Below, one piece after another: positions 26,445 through 39,563 of a DNA stretch of 64,000 bases. Position numbers and translations under genes: made by a program. How positions within the stretch are numbered: the first letter of the stretch is position 1; each line of letters starts with the position of its first letter. Under the pieces are notes generated by a model that had not been told where the DNA came from, made no database searches, and worked only from the letters and a program-made list of their open reading frames with translations. The stretch spans positions 63,552,001 through 63,616,000 of the forward strand of contig NC_045707.1 of assembly GCF_009834535.1 (NCBI RefSeq), given 5' to 3'. The stretch comes from Camelus ferus. Lineage: Eukaryota.

Positions 26445-26565
26445 TTACCAGAAAGATATGCAATCAAGCCATTTTGGTTCAAGAGCTGGAGAGAAGGAAG
26501 GAACAGAGCCAGAAAAAAAAAATGTTTCAAGTTATTTTCTCTGGATGGAAGGAAAATACAGTTAC

Positions 26566-26699
26566 CTCATCTTTTCTTTGGCTTCTTCAAAACTTTCTGA
26601 AACAAAGTAGGCTTCCTGGAAGGTGGTGATAAGGCATTCCTGTAAGCAAGTGGTCTTTGGGTCAAAGGCTTTCACACACGCCTGGTCAGAAAGCGCATG
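26566..26699 (-). CDS. TPH2: Tryptophan hydroxylase 2, coding exon (exon 10 equivalent), 134 nt
   Basis: ttttgcag|CAT GCG CTT TCT GAC CAG ... AAG ATG AG|gtaact = [44 protein letters not shown](R). Followed by a 129-nt intron (26437-26565). Confidence 0.98.
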
Positions 26700-27759
26700 C
26701 TGCAAAACACACCGCAAAACCCGTTAAACCCCACAATGAGGCTTCCAGTGTGTCACGATGTCACACGGCTACAACACAGCTCCGTCGTTTGATGGAACTG
26801 CTCGGTTACTAATCTACCATGAAATAAGGAACTCTCCCGTATGCAGGGTAAATTGACTGTTAAGGGGTTTTGTTTGTTTGTTTGTTTGTTTTTAAGTCTG
26901 TTAGCTGCAGAGGAGGAAAAAATGAGATTACAGTATTATGTTATTTATTATCAGCCAAATTCATGCTGAAGGACACTTCACAGCTGTATCCCCACAGAAA
27001 TGGAATTTTAAATCTCCGCTACGAATAGAAGCAGGAAAGCATAAATAGGGTCCTAAATATGAGCAACGGACTGAAATTTCCCTTAAACGGCAGAAGTAAT
27101 AATTACCTGCGTGGAGAGGTAATTGGGACTCTGACCGAACTATTTGTGAACTCACTACGAGACATTTTGAGGCCAGGTACTGTGTATCAACAGAGGCTGG
27201 AGTGGGCCTGCATAAGAGGATACCTGCAAAGCATTCATTTACCTTTCACCAAGCACAGTGGAGCAATATACAGCAGATAAATATTGCCAGGTGGGAAAAA
27301 AAAAGAGCTAATATTAATAGTTATAGTTATGCCCGGAGCAGGTATTAGGGAAACAGGAAAACTAATGTAATTACTCTTTGAACCATCATTAGCCCTATTC
27401 AGCTCACTCCATGACTGGCACTGCAAACAGCAAGGAACCGTGGATGACTGTTCTCTCCAGATAAACTCAGTGATGCTAAAAATTAGCGCTCGTTCCTGCC
27501 ACGTGCCACCTGCCTATTTATAGCCCCTGGATGGTGGTTTGCACACAGAATATGCCTAAGAATCACTGAGGAGTTTGTGAAACATGCAGACAGTCAGACC
27601 TCAATTTTATTTGGTAAATCTGGATGAATCCCCAAACTCTGCAGGTTAAAGGCGTCCAAAGTGACTCAGACTCAGGCAGCTGTGAACTAGAGTCTCTCTT
27701 TCTTCATTTAAAGAGTAAATCCGTTGGGAGAGCGAGGCAGAGAGAGGAAGGGGTAGCAG

Positions 27760-27925
27760 AAACGGCCTTCAACTGAGTTAGAAAACTCGGGGTCCGGTCC
27801 AGGTGTTCTGCTAACTGGATAACCTTGGCAAATGATTTCACCTCCTTGGGCCTCTGTTTCCTCAAGTGTAAATGAGAGGTTTGGGCCAGGTGACTTCGGA
27901 AGACACTCTCTCCCAGCCTCTGGAT
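27760..27925 (+). mobile_element. MIR (MIR3/MIRc-like)
   Basis: ctaactggataaccttggcaaatgatttcacctccttgggcctctgtttcctcaagtgtaaatgag. Confidence 0.75.
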
Positions 27926-30209
27926 TCCACCCAAAGCACTCTTCACATCTCTGACTGCTAAGGTTTCCTGGAGAAACACTGAAAAACCTTTCCTATTCAG
28001 TATTCTTGGTGCATTCCCCCAACAGTTTCAGAATGCGTGGAATGATCTGCAGTCTCCACGAAGGAGGTGGTGGTTTCCTAAGTCTGAAAATACAGCTGTG
28101 AACCCAAGGACTGACGGGCGAGAGAGGAGAGCACAGGGTCCTGTCCCGTGGGTGAGTTGATTTCCTGCAAAGTTCCGTTGTCCAGATCAAAGCACGTGTG
28201 AGTAAGGGAATGCAGAGGGCTTCTCAGAGTGAACTTTTTTTTTTTGGCCCACAGAACAACTTCATTATAAGCAGAATATCACAACACCAGCAGATGCATT
28301 TGTGCTAGATTCAATGCAGTGCAGGGGACTTGGGGTTCCATGTGACTAATAATTCTGTCCACATTCTTAAAACAACTTCACAGTTTCAAGAAACAAAATG
28401 CATTTTGATGAGAGCCGTCGCCTCCGCCGCAAAGAATCAGGCTCCCTATTGGCTCGCCACGCTTTTTAGAATTACAAGTGGCTTTCTTTGCAGCCATGTG
28501 CTCTGGGTGCGTTTTATTTAGTACGGGGCTCTAACTGCCCCTTTATCCATCAGGACCTGTGAAAAGGAGGACAGTGGCTGACTCAGCGTCCTTGAGGTTT
28601 GCACGCTCTCATCCCCGCATTCAGGGCCCTGGGCAGAGGGGTAGTGGAACGGGCTATATGCATATTTAAGCCATGGGTCCCTCAGGGCTTCCCTGCTGCA
28701 CCAAAGACTTCACTGGGTCAAGGACAAGCACAGAAGAGGACTGAAACATATCCACTTTGGTCTGGAACGCTGTGATAAGACATTAGCAGCCTCAGCAGTC
28801 ACCATGGGTAGAGGATGTCTCTGGAAGGTGTGCACCCAGTAACGGAGGCTGAAATCAGTATTGTTTTAGAAAAATGTACTAAATACTAGGATGAGCTCAT
28901 TTTGTCATTTTAACAGGTAAAGGGGGAGACAGCAGACCAAGGAAACTCCCAGAGGGCAAGGTGCTCTGCCCCAGACTTCAAGAAAAGTCAGTGGATTCAC
29001 AGCATATAATTTGAGGCAAAGACCATTAGGCAGTGTAATCTCACACTTGCCTAATGTAATAATCAAAGGGAAAACTGGAAGCTGATTTTCTAAGCTTTCA
29101 ACAGTGCAGTCTATCTTCAGGATCCTGATGTGTCCAACATGCTGGTTACCTGCTGGGGTCCCCTCCATCCATGGAGTATGGGACCAGTTCTGTTCCTTGG
29201 TTGTTACAAATATGAGGATGATAATGGTACCCAAAGATTCGCCCGGAGAATGCAAAGAGCCCAGAGTCGGGGGAGCAGCCACTGAGTGAGGCCAACAAAT
29301 GAGGTGGCGATCATACCTGTAAGTGCTCTCATTTACTGCGGGGGAGCTCTCCTGTGTGATGACTGCCAGGAGCATCCAGGCAGCCCCTAAGGTCCCCTGT
29401 TTCTGAACACTAAGGCGTGGCACAAGGGCTATAAAATAACATTCGTGTCTCCATTGATTCCAAAGCCCACTGCGCAGTAGAGCTGCCCAGTTTGCTTTCA
29501 AGTCCGATCCACATCTCTCTAAGCCACCTTGGTTTCAGGGAGCAGCTGCGATGCCCTCTCTTCTACGTCCAGAGTTGATTCTCTGTAAACATAGAGTCAA
29601 ACTGCCTGATGCCTCCAGGGAACTCTGTGGAATCCTTCCCAAAGTGTGAACGGCCTGATATCCTGAAGTCTGCAAGAATTCATCCAATTTCCCGCAGAGA
29701 GAGGCTTCTTAAAGCTCAGAGAATCTGGCTGACAGTCTTTTACTCTCAAGCCATTTTAAAAGTGCAGGAACGTTTGAGAATCACCTCCTCCAATCTAAAT
29801 GCTCTCTAAGAGGGCTGTTTTGGATTTACCCATAGTGTGAAAGACAAGAACATGGGACCTGGAGCCGGGAGACCTGGATTCTTAAGGTAGCTGACCAAAA
29901 GAGTGAAAATTCCCCACATTAGGATGCAGTTTCCTCTTTGATCAACTGAAAAGATCTTATCCACAAGAATTCTAAAGCTCCTCTTGCCATACAGCTATCA
30001 CAGGGCCTGCAAATACACAGCCCTCTCACCACCATCCCCCACCTCCAGCCCAGCCAGCACCAACTGACCAGAGCAGCCCTTCCCACTCTTTCCAACCGAG
30101 ACAGCCGCTACCAATTAATAAGCTTTAGTGCACAAATTACAACTTACTTACCAGTCCAGCCTTTTATATAAAAAAAAAGTCTTTTCAACATCAGCAATTT
30201 GCCAGAACC

Positions 30210-30395
30210 CAATTAGTTCCTACATGACTGGGGGCAAGTTATTTCATCTCTGTAAGCCTATTCCAGTGTGCATCTGGAAAATGGGGATACGTACAGTATC
30301 TATAACTTAGGAACGTGGGAAGAATTAAACGGGGTTAACTCATTCAAAGTGCCTGGCCGGTGGGAAGTGCTCCATAAATCTCGCTGTCATTGCCA
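30210..30395 (+). mobile_element. MIR
   Basis: tgactgggggcaagttatttcatctctgtaagcct..catctggaaaatgggga. Confidence 0.7.
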
Positions 30396-33300
30396 CTTCA
30401 GCCTCCAGATGACGCTTGGGGTACAGAGGCACCTGTACCTTCCGACATCAGTGCAGCTCCTCGGAGCCCACAGAGAAAGGAACGTGGTCCTAGCTCTGGG
30501 GCTGCTGGGTCCTGGACCGCAACAGCACCCACCCTGAGGTCATCAGTTTAAAATCTTCCTTCCTCCCAGCCACCTGCCTTTGCAATAACACAGAGTTATG
30601 ATCTCAACTCTTCTAGATATAAACCTGTGATCCTCACCCTCTATATTAGGACTGGTTACAGTTGGGAAAAAAGCTTAAGTGTGAAGTCTAGGTAGTCTGG
30701 ACCCTAGATTCTGAATAAAAATTGGCAAACACCTCACCACTCACACTACAATCATCTCTTCCCTCTTTCGAACAACAAACATACAGATTTGTATATGTAC
30801 GTAGGTATGTAACATTTTTGAACCTCCCTCAAATGCTCTCCCTGCTAACCAAACACAGCGGGGTAGCGACGTCCCTCTTGCCAAACCGGCTGAGGATGGC
30901 ACTGCATTTTATTTTATCAGTGATGTTGAAAGCTTCAGCAGTTTGAATCAGCCGCAGAGGGGAGGGAACAAACTCCCTCTTCAAGTAACCCCTCCATAGA
31001 AACCAAAGACCCTCTCCAGTTCCTGGAGTCCTGTACTTGCTTGGTCGTGACTAACAGCGCTGCTTCAGGAAAGCAAAGGACAGAGGAAGGGAGGGGCGAG
31101 CCACCCGTACGTGGTAAAGGCATGAGAGTTCAGATGCTCTCTGAGTCCCAGCTCCGGCCACCCCGCTGACCTACTGGACGACCTCAGGGAACCCACGGAC
31201 GCCTCGGGCCTCTTCTCTGCCACCCGGCAGTGATTCTGACCTCCTCGCAGAGTTGCGGCAAGTGGTAGTCAATATGAACAACTGCAATAAATATAAAGCT
31301 GTCCTATGAATGCTGATGAACAGCTATATAAAAGCAATGCAATAAGTTCACTGTGCAAGGGTATCCTAAAACTAAAACCAAAATAATAATAGCAGTTAAA
31401 ATGTTTAAAACCATCAGCTTCGTCAAAACTGAAAAGCAGAACTGATGTGTTCGTATGCAATATTCCGTTGACTCCTGTGGGGTAGGTGCTAAAGCCATTT
31501 ACAGAAAAAAATCTAATCTCTGCCCTTAAGGAAACAAAGAACTAGACTTCACTCTTACCCATGAAAAAGAAGGGGAAGTTGCCTTTTGCTTTTGAGATGG
31601 ATTAACTTTTTGAGATAAGACTCAGCCCATTCATCAATTGGCAATCAGTTCCTTACCACCTAATGTGAACCAACTTCACTGTTGCTTCTCCGAGAGAATG
31701 AGATTCAACAAGACCTATAATCATCACTTTCTTAGCTCTTCTCTTCCAGAGACTTCAAGTTCCTTGAAATCTGAGACTCAATTTTGAGTTCGCTGAATAA
31801 AATAAGTGAATGAGTGAATACTAATTTTTTAAATGAGAAACTTATATATTTAGGGCAACTCTGAGATAGAAAAGATGCAAAAGGAAACACATGCCAGAGC
31901 ATGGGTGAACAGCAAGCAATTATCCTATTTTCAACCTTTTCTAAAAGGCAGTTTTCCAGGTGATCTAACTCATTATTAACCGCTTCCCACAGTGATGAAG
32001 ATATGAAAAGGCCCTTCCCAAATACACTTTGGGGATTCCTGAAAGTACATCACAGAACAAATAATTCGAATGAGAGAGCAATCATTGCTGAGATTAAGAA
32101 AAGTCTTTATAGTCATCAGATTTACATTAGCTTTTACAATCATTTCTATATTTATTTCATTTCTGTCTTCAAAGATTAAAAAAAAAAAAAAGCATTGTCC
32201 AAAAATAAGCCATTACTGTCCCAAAAAATGAGAGGGAAAAATGAAAGTTATCCTCCAAACTACAGATACACCACTCGGAAGTACCTGGCCAGCTGTGAAG
32301 TGTGACATTTACATCCTGGAAAATTTAGCCTCTTAAAGCACACATTTTAAAACGTGTTCCGTTCAAGGAAAGTGGAGGAATTGTGGATAGTTATGTAAAG
32401 TTATAAAGACTACATCAAAACCTCCAACAACTTACCAGGGACCTAGCGTATGGGCTGCAGCTGGAACAGCAGAAATGTTTTACCGCAAAAGGTGACTGCG
32501 TTCAAAACTGTAAGTGCGTCTGCACAGGAATTATTATAATGCTGTTAATAATGTCATCCCACCTGGGCCCAGGACTAGCCTTTGTTCATTCAAATAAATG
32601 TCGGACAGACGTCTTCATGAGCACAGTGAGAGGGTTCTGGACGCTCACACCGAGTGGGGCAGGGATGGGCTGAGGGGAGGGCTGCTAAGGAAAGGTCTCA
32701 TGTTCTGTATTCTCTGTGAACAATCAGAAGACATTTCTTATAGAAAGAATTTCTGAGTTGTAAAAATGGTCCAAAGGAGCAATCGTGGGGATGCTGGAGT
32801 GTTGAAATTTGGGAATGGAAGAATGCTAATGACCAGAGTTGATGGACCAGAACGAGAAGACTCACGGCAGACAATGCCCTTCAGTGTCCACGTTTCTGGC
32901 TGATTTCCATTTCCAGATGACTCGGTCCGCACCAACAGGAACAAAAACAACAGATTCACCCCACTGCTGCCTACACATGCCTCATTAGCCAGACCAGAGG
33001 ACCCTGTCGGAAGTTGGGACCATGAGAGAGATTTTGCTTCTTTTGTTTCTGGTGTAATTTATAAGCCCTCTGAGGAGAATGTAAATAGATGTAGCTCAGG
33101 AGAATTTTCTGCCTAATTCTTTTTTCAGGGAAATCAAGAAACACTCTCCAGAAGGCATGAGTCTTACATCATGCTATCGCTGTGGGCTTTGGCCAGGGCA
33201 CTGAGATGAATCCCAAATGAACTTTTTTGTTGTGTAGAACTTACTGGGGGAAGAAAAAAAACTGTACCACATTACATTGGGTTTTTGTTATATCAAACAT

Positions 33301-33599
33301 TATCATCTATTCCAAGGCAGGCAGGACCTCGGACAGCTCCCATAATAGGCCAGGCTTTGAGTGGGGCGCGCACACTGCTGTCTGCGGACTGATTCCACAC
33401 CTCACCCTCCCCTTATCCATCCTTCCCACTCCCCCAAAATCAGCGTGCACGGCAGGACCCTCGTCAGGAAGCCTTCCCAGGTGTGGCCCAAAACGTCCCA
33501 GGCACAACTCACACTGTGATTATGTATCATCTTGCTGGTTTACCTCCTGCACTAGAGTGTAAGCACCTTGAAAACAGGGACCCCAGGCAATAGACTCTA

Positions 33600-33810
33600 A
33601 TGGTCCAGGCTCAGATCCTGGAGCCTGGACTTGGGACCACCTCCGACACTCATCAGCTGTGTGACCTGGAACAAGATCCTTAATGTCTTTATGCCTCAGT
33701 TTTCTCATCTGTGAGAATGATGTTACTTATCCCGTTGGGTTGTTATGAGAATTAAGTGGGTGACTATGTTTAAAGCACTGAAAACACTAAGGTCTATTTA
33801 AGTATCCCTT
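33600..33810 (+). mobile_element. MIR
   Basis: agctgtgtgacctggaacaagatccttaatgtctttatgcctcagttttctcatctgtgagaatga. Confidence 0.75.
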
Positions 33811-33828
33811 GAGGAAGTTATCTTCTTT

Positions 33829-33998
33829 TTTTTCTTGTTTAATGTTTATTTAGCAACTGTTCTATTTTGGGGGGAGGCGGGATAATTAGGTTTGTTTGTT
33901 TGTTTATTTATTTATATAATGGAGGTACTGGGGATTGAACCCAGGACCTCACGCATGCTAAACATGTGCTCTACCACTGAGCTACACCCTCCCTCCCT
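33829..33998 (-). mobile_element. Vic-1-type SINE with 12-bp TSD
   Basis: Antisense tggaggtactggggattgaacccaggacctcacgcatgctaaacatgtgctctaccactgagctacaccc. TSD gttatcttcttt at 33817-33828 and 33999-34010. Confidence 0.95.
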
Positions 33999-35059
33999 GT
34001 TATCTTCTTTGTATTCTTGTTCTTCACCATTATTATTTGTCTTTGTACCCTCACTGCCTGGCACAGTACATGCACGTAGTAGGTGCTCAGCCAAACGTCT
34101 GCAGAATGAATGAAGGAAGGAATGATGCCATAAAGTGAGTGGACTCAATGCAACTACAGTTCAACCGCACCCTTCAAAAGTACAAACATCCAAACATCCA
34201 ATAATCATATATATCCAGTTATCTTATGTAAGGATAATCAATCCTCAAAATAAAACCCTAGGATAGTCTATAATCTCGATCTTAGTCTGAATAGTCAAAG
34301 AAAGGTTAAATTATTTTCAGGACCATTTCCAGATCATACATCACAATGCATTCTAAATTCATCAGAATTTGCCATCCCCCAATGGTATAGATAGTCATTC
34401 TTAAGTAACCAGAATATTTAAATGATCAGAATGCCCCTGATACCAATATTTCTGAAAAAAATGATCATTTTACTGTATTTTAAGGCAAAAAAAAATTATC
34501 ATCGCTTAGGCATCGCTACATGTATTAGATACGTGTCTGACCACATGTTTCTTTAGGTGGGTTTTTTTTAATTGCATATGCCCATAAATGTTTTAATTTA
34601 CATTAATTTTTGAAGAAGCTAAAATAACCTCAAATTCCCCTTTGGGAAGGAGACGCTGGGGAACCCAAGGGTGCCATGAGGGTGACAGAAAAGAGAGTAG
34701 CCAAGCCACCCTCACGAGGGAATTTCCATCAGTAGCTCAGGGCGAGCTCAGTGCCCGCTCCTCGGTGCTACATGTAGGCCAGTCATTTGTCCCCCAGCAC
34801 TGGAGCATACATTCGTCATCCCTGCTGATCTGTGCACATGGCTGCTCATCCATCTGAGTCACACCCCACACCCAGCAAAGGCAGGACCCATTTTCGGAAG
34901 TGCAAAAAGTCAGGTCAGCACTCACACAGGAGGTGCCAGATCCTCTGCACTAAATATTTATGGGGCCTCTGCGAGTAGAAAGGCTCTGACAGACAAATCA
35001 ATACTTTCCATGACCTTGAACCAGTCTGCCCGGGAAGGATATTTTCGTTCACAGCATCA

Positions 35060-35272
<213 letters not shown>

Positions 35273-36023
35273 TCAGCACTGTCAGTTTAAATACATTTGA
35301 ATCAAGAACATTTACTGTCATTATTCTTTTGCTTAATAATCCCTCCCTAGGTTACAGGTATATGGGAAAAGTATTAACTACTAAGAGTCTGATGCTTCCT
35401 GGATTCTGAAACCCTATGCATCAAATCTTATCCCCTGCAATGATTTTCAAAATTTTTAAAAAGCACAGATTTAGAAACAAATGAATATGTCACAGTGATA
35501 ACACCATAAGAATATGCTACTATATTTACTAAGCTGTGGTTCAGTAACATAAATAAGTCCATGTAAATGTGGAAAAATGGCTTGGAATTCAGTAATACCA
35601 AACGGATTTTTTGCCGTTTGTTTATTCATTCAACAAACATTTGTTGAGTTCCTACTATGTGCCAATGTGTGCTGAAGAAAGAAAGAGAGATCAAGAAAGC
35701 AAGTATATGCCTACCAAATTACCATTTCCTTAGCAAAATGTTAAATGTATATCTCTGTATGCACCTACATATATATATAATTACATGCAGATATAAATAC
35801 ATATAGTAAGACCATTTCATTTGCCTGAGTTTTACCAGCTTCCCCAAGATATTAAAATCTACAATTGCTTCTATTGGGTTCCTAGGAAATCAGCCTAGAC
35901 AGAGAGAAATCTCTGTACAACCAAAAAACTCACCATGCTTTTGAGAGGGGCTGAAAGCATACTATCTGTGCTCTGAGAGGAAAATGAGAAACTGACAATA
36001 AGCAATAAAAATGACACCAAATT

Positions 36024-36092
36024 GGAGGAGGGTACAGTTCAGTAGTAGGGCACATGCCTAGCATGCACAAGGGCATGGGTTCAATTTGAAAA
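36024..36092 (+). mobile_element. tRNA-Ala-head-only retroposon (truncated Vic-1-like)
   Basis: ggaggagggtacagttcagtagtagggcacatgcctagcatgcacaagggcatgggttcaatt then an A-run. Degenerate TSD aaaaatgacaccaaatt / aaaaattacatcaaatt. Confidence 0.75.
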
Positions 36093-36627
36093 AAAAATTA
36101 CATCAAATTAACACTGTCCTGCATTACTGATGATGGAGCAATGAAGGTGTTGAGAAAGAAGAGAATTTAAACACCCCTGAAAGGGGACAGAAAAGAAGAA
36201 TTATTTCTAGCCTGTGGCAGTTTGCTCTATTTTTATTTGGAGGCTCAGATGTTGCCTGGTTCTGGAGGGTTTTATGCTTTTTTAAATGTGAGGATGCTCT
36301 CTGAAGTTAAGTGGTCAGTGATCTGCAGTGGTCTGGACCCAAAGGACTGGCCATTTCAGGTCACGGAGCTGAACCTCCAGAGGCCAAATTTCCTTTCCCA
36401 ATTCATGTCCCAAAGAGGCTAAAATTACAGCCCTTGCCACTGTCGTCACCATCCAGAGCCCCCGCCAGCACTCCTCTTTACTCTGTTCTGACTTGTCTGT
36501 CTTTCCCATCACACCACTGTTTTGACATAGTCTCTACTTTATGTGTGGCATGTGCTATTTGTCATCTGTCTCCCCCGACTAGACTGTCATCTCCATGAGG
36601 GCAGTATCCCTGTCTGTCCATCTGGAA

Positions 36628-36844
36628 CAGTTTCCTAGTCTCAGCAGTACCGACACGTTAGGCTGGATAACTCCTGGCTGGGGTGGGGGTGTCCTGTACA
36701 TTACAGGATGTTTAGCAGTATCCCTGGCCTCGGTCCACTAGATGCTAGGAGCAACCCCCACCCCAGTTTTAACCGCCAATAATGTCTCCAGACATTGAAA
36801 AATGTCCCCAGAGGGGCGACATCACTCCTGGCTGAGAACAACTG
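36628..36844. mobile_element. MER20 hAT DNA transposon inside an L2 tail
   Basis: tgtcctgtacattacaggatgtttagcagtatccctggcctc..ccactagatgc..aatgtctccagacattg..ggctgagaacaactg, ~217 bp with CAG...CTG ends. Confidence 0.85.
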
Positions 36845-37044
36845 ATAAAGGATAGTGTCAAAAACATCGTAAGAACTCAATAAATATTTGGTGAATAGAT
36901 AAATAGCAAATGAATTACTTCTAAGTCAGGTTTGTTGTGTGGCTACAGGACTTGGAGAATAGAAACACACTGAGGCTGAGTTCCAGTCTCATCCCTGCTT
37001 CCAATTAACTATGTGACCACAACCTCTCTGGGCTTAGTTTTCCG

Positions 37045-37725
37045 GCCTACGACATTCATTCATTCATTCACTTTTTCTACAAACACTCCTACAAACCTAC
37101 TATACACCTGACCCTGCCCTAGCAGAGAACAAGGCAATGAAGTTCCCGTCCCACCCAGCATGCTACTGGGATGGGACAGCCAACAACAATAACAACAGCA
37201 AAAATCAGCAATATAGGATAATTCCAGGTGAAATCTGCTGTACACATAAGAAAATCGTGTGACATGTTAGCTATCAAGCAGACAAAATGGCTGTTTTAGA
37301 TGGAGGGGTTGGGGAAGGTCTCTCTGTCAGAGTGATATTTAAGCTGCAACCTGCTTGAAAATCAGTCTTTTGTTAAAGAAATAGAAAAGCCACTTGTGTC
37401 AAGTTCTAGAGCAAAGAGTGTTCCCAGCAAAGGAAAAAGCAAATGCAAAGGCCCAGGGGCAGGGACAGACTTGTATTTCCTAGGGCAATGGGGAGCCATT
37501 GGAAGGTTTTAGGCAGGAGGGAGATGGGTTCTGATTTTATTTTCGAAAGATCACACTGGTGCTGGGTAACGAGCAGACTGTAGGGGGTGAAGAGTGGGAG
37601 CAGACAGACCCATTCGAAGGTGGTGGTAGCCAAGAGACAAGGGTACTGAGCGACTTAGACTGTGACTTGGGCTGGGGTAGCAGGGGGTTGGGAGAAGTCA
37701 GGATCACAGAGGCCTCAGGAGAAGA
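37045..37725 (-). mobile_element. L2 remnant
   Basis: cattcattcattcattca tail, then gggaaggtctctctg, gggagccattggaaggttttaggcagg, aaagatcacactggtgctg. Confidence 0.75.
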
Positions 37726-37754
37726 ACCAAAATAAGGGATGTGAATGTGTGTTT

Positions 37755-37945
37755 AAGAGGATGTAATGTGCAGCACAGGGAATACGGTCAATAGCATTGT
37801 AACAAGTCTGTATGCAGACAGACCATAACCAGACTTATCACGGTGATCATTTTGTAATGCACAGAAACATCGAATCACTACGTGCTACGCCGGAAACTAA
37901 CATCATATTATAAGTCACATATACTTCAGTTACAGAAAAGAAAGA
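37755..37945 (+). mobile_element. L1 3' UTR fragment
   Basis: gatgtaatgtgcagcacagggaatacggtcaatagcattgtaacaa..ggtgatcattttgtaatg..aagtcacatatacttca plus an A-rich tail. Confidence 0.8.
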
Positions 37946-39507
37946 AGAGTTAAAATACAGCCCTCAAGCCTGTCCTCCGAAAAATTTTGCACAATTGTGG
38001 GCACGATGGAACGAGGTGATCATACAGTCATACAACAAGCAGCCTGGAAGCTCAGTCTCTTATTTTACCAAAATGAAAACGCAGGTTTAAGGAGAGGAAG
38101 TGATTTACCCGGGACCAGTCTAGATGGTGACACTTAAGAGATCTAGAGATCAGCGTTTTAGGAGCTCAACATCTGTCACTTTTTAAGGTTTTCAGGTAAA
38201 AGACTAACTGATGCACAATTTCCCTTGCCACCAAAAAATGGGGAAATTATAGTCTAAGTCAGGAAAACTAGAATCTCGTGGCATCTTCTTAGTGTGTCTC
38301 CGGCTGATCTCTTTCATTTGTATTGCATTTATATAGCACAGGATGTGGAATCCTTGCAGCCTTAATGTTGAATATAGAAGAGTTTGTGAAAAAAAAAAAA
38401 AAACGTGCTGTCATGTTCAAAAGCCTCCAGAATAGTGCAGATATGGAGCCAGCTACAGGAGCATGTAGGTCAGCCTATGATGTGCGTAATTAATACATAA
38501 TGCATGGCTATGGTTATGATACAAATCAAAGCCAGCTGAGAGAGCCCCTGAAAAAATCTGGGAACCACACATGCGGTCTTCACGTAGATCTGGCATCCTG
38601 TCCTGGTTTGAGGCAGGAATGTAAAGGTCTGCGTCAACTCAACTAAAGATTCCAAGCTAAATCCATCAGTGTATCCTTGGTCCTTGTGCTTCTAGAATCA
38701 GAGCAACCTCAGAGGAGAGAGCCACCGGGTGCTTCCTTCCCGTTGCTTAGAACGCTCTCTGGCCCCATCCCTCACCTGGGAATCCTTCCAGAGACTCTGA
38801 CCCTACACAGCTCCATCTGCTCTTTGCCTGTCTGCCTTTCCCTCTGGTTCCCCGCTGTCCTCAACTGAGGAATGAGCCTAGAGGATGTTTCTACAGCCGC
38901 CTCTTCCCAGAAAATTAGACCTTTTGCCTCCAGACAGCTTTCCATTTGCAGCTCCAGGTGTGGCTCACAGTTAGAGAGAAATGGTAAAATGTTCCCGAAC
39001 CTCAGGTGTTGGCAAAATTTGAATTATGGACTTGCTCGGGATAATTTTTCTCATTCTGTTTTTAATGCCGGTGGAGAACTCAAAATGCAAAAAGATCCTG
39101 GGTGTGATCATTAGTGGGGGGCAGGGGGCAACTGCACGTGACTTCTGTCTGGTTTTAAATCCAAAGCCTACAAATAAAATCAAACAAAATAATGTTAAAT
39201 TAAGTAAAAAAGATAATAGTGTAGAAGCTGTAAACCTTGCCATTTAACTGAGGGTAAAGTTCTCAGTGATTGTGCACATGTGCACTCTGCTTTAGTAAAA
39301 CACTGTCCAAGCCACAAATAAATAAATGCAAAGCCTGCTTAAAGCTGGACTGAATGACCCCTTGGAGACCCTGCAGAATTCAAGGGTAACTAATTGCTCC
39401 TTGAAATTTTAAGAAAATAAAATTTGTTTTCCTCATAGCACTCTCCAGATGTGAATCTGTAATATATTCCCTACAGATTTACCAAATAAATATCTTACCT
39501 ATTATCC

Positions 39508-39563
39508 AAAAAAAAAAAAAAAAAAAAAAAAAAACCAAACCCAAAAAACAAAACAAAAAAAAA
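39508..39563 (+). repeat. Poly(A) run (27 A) plus A/C-rich extension
   Basis: A-run at 39508-39534 followed by ccaaacccaaaaaacaaaacaaaaaaaaa. Confidence 0.9.

Noticed and set aside
28905..29501. Longest ORF in the track (198 aa, minus) and an AG/GT-bounded 167-nt pseudo-exon within it (29150-29316)
   Set aside because: No recognisable protein family and a poor polypyrimidine tract. Joined to exon 9 it reads GTA TGA (immediate stop). TPH2 exons 9 and 10 already join in frame without it.
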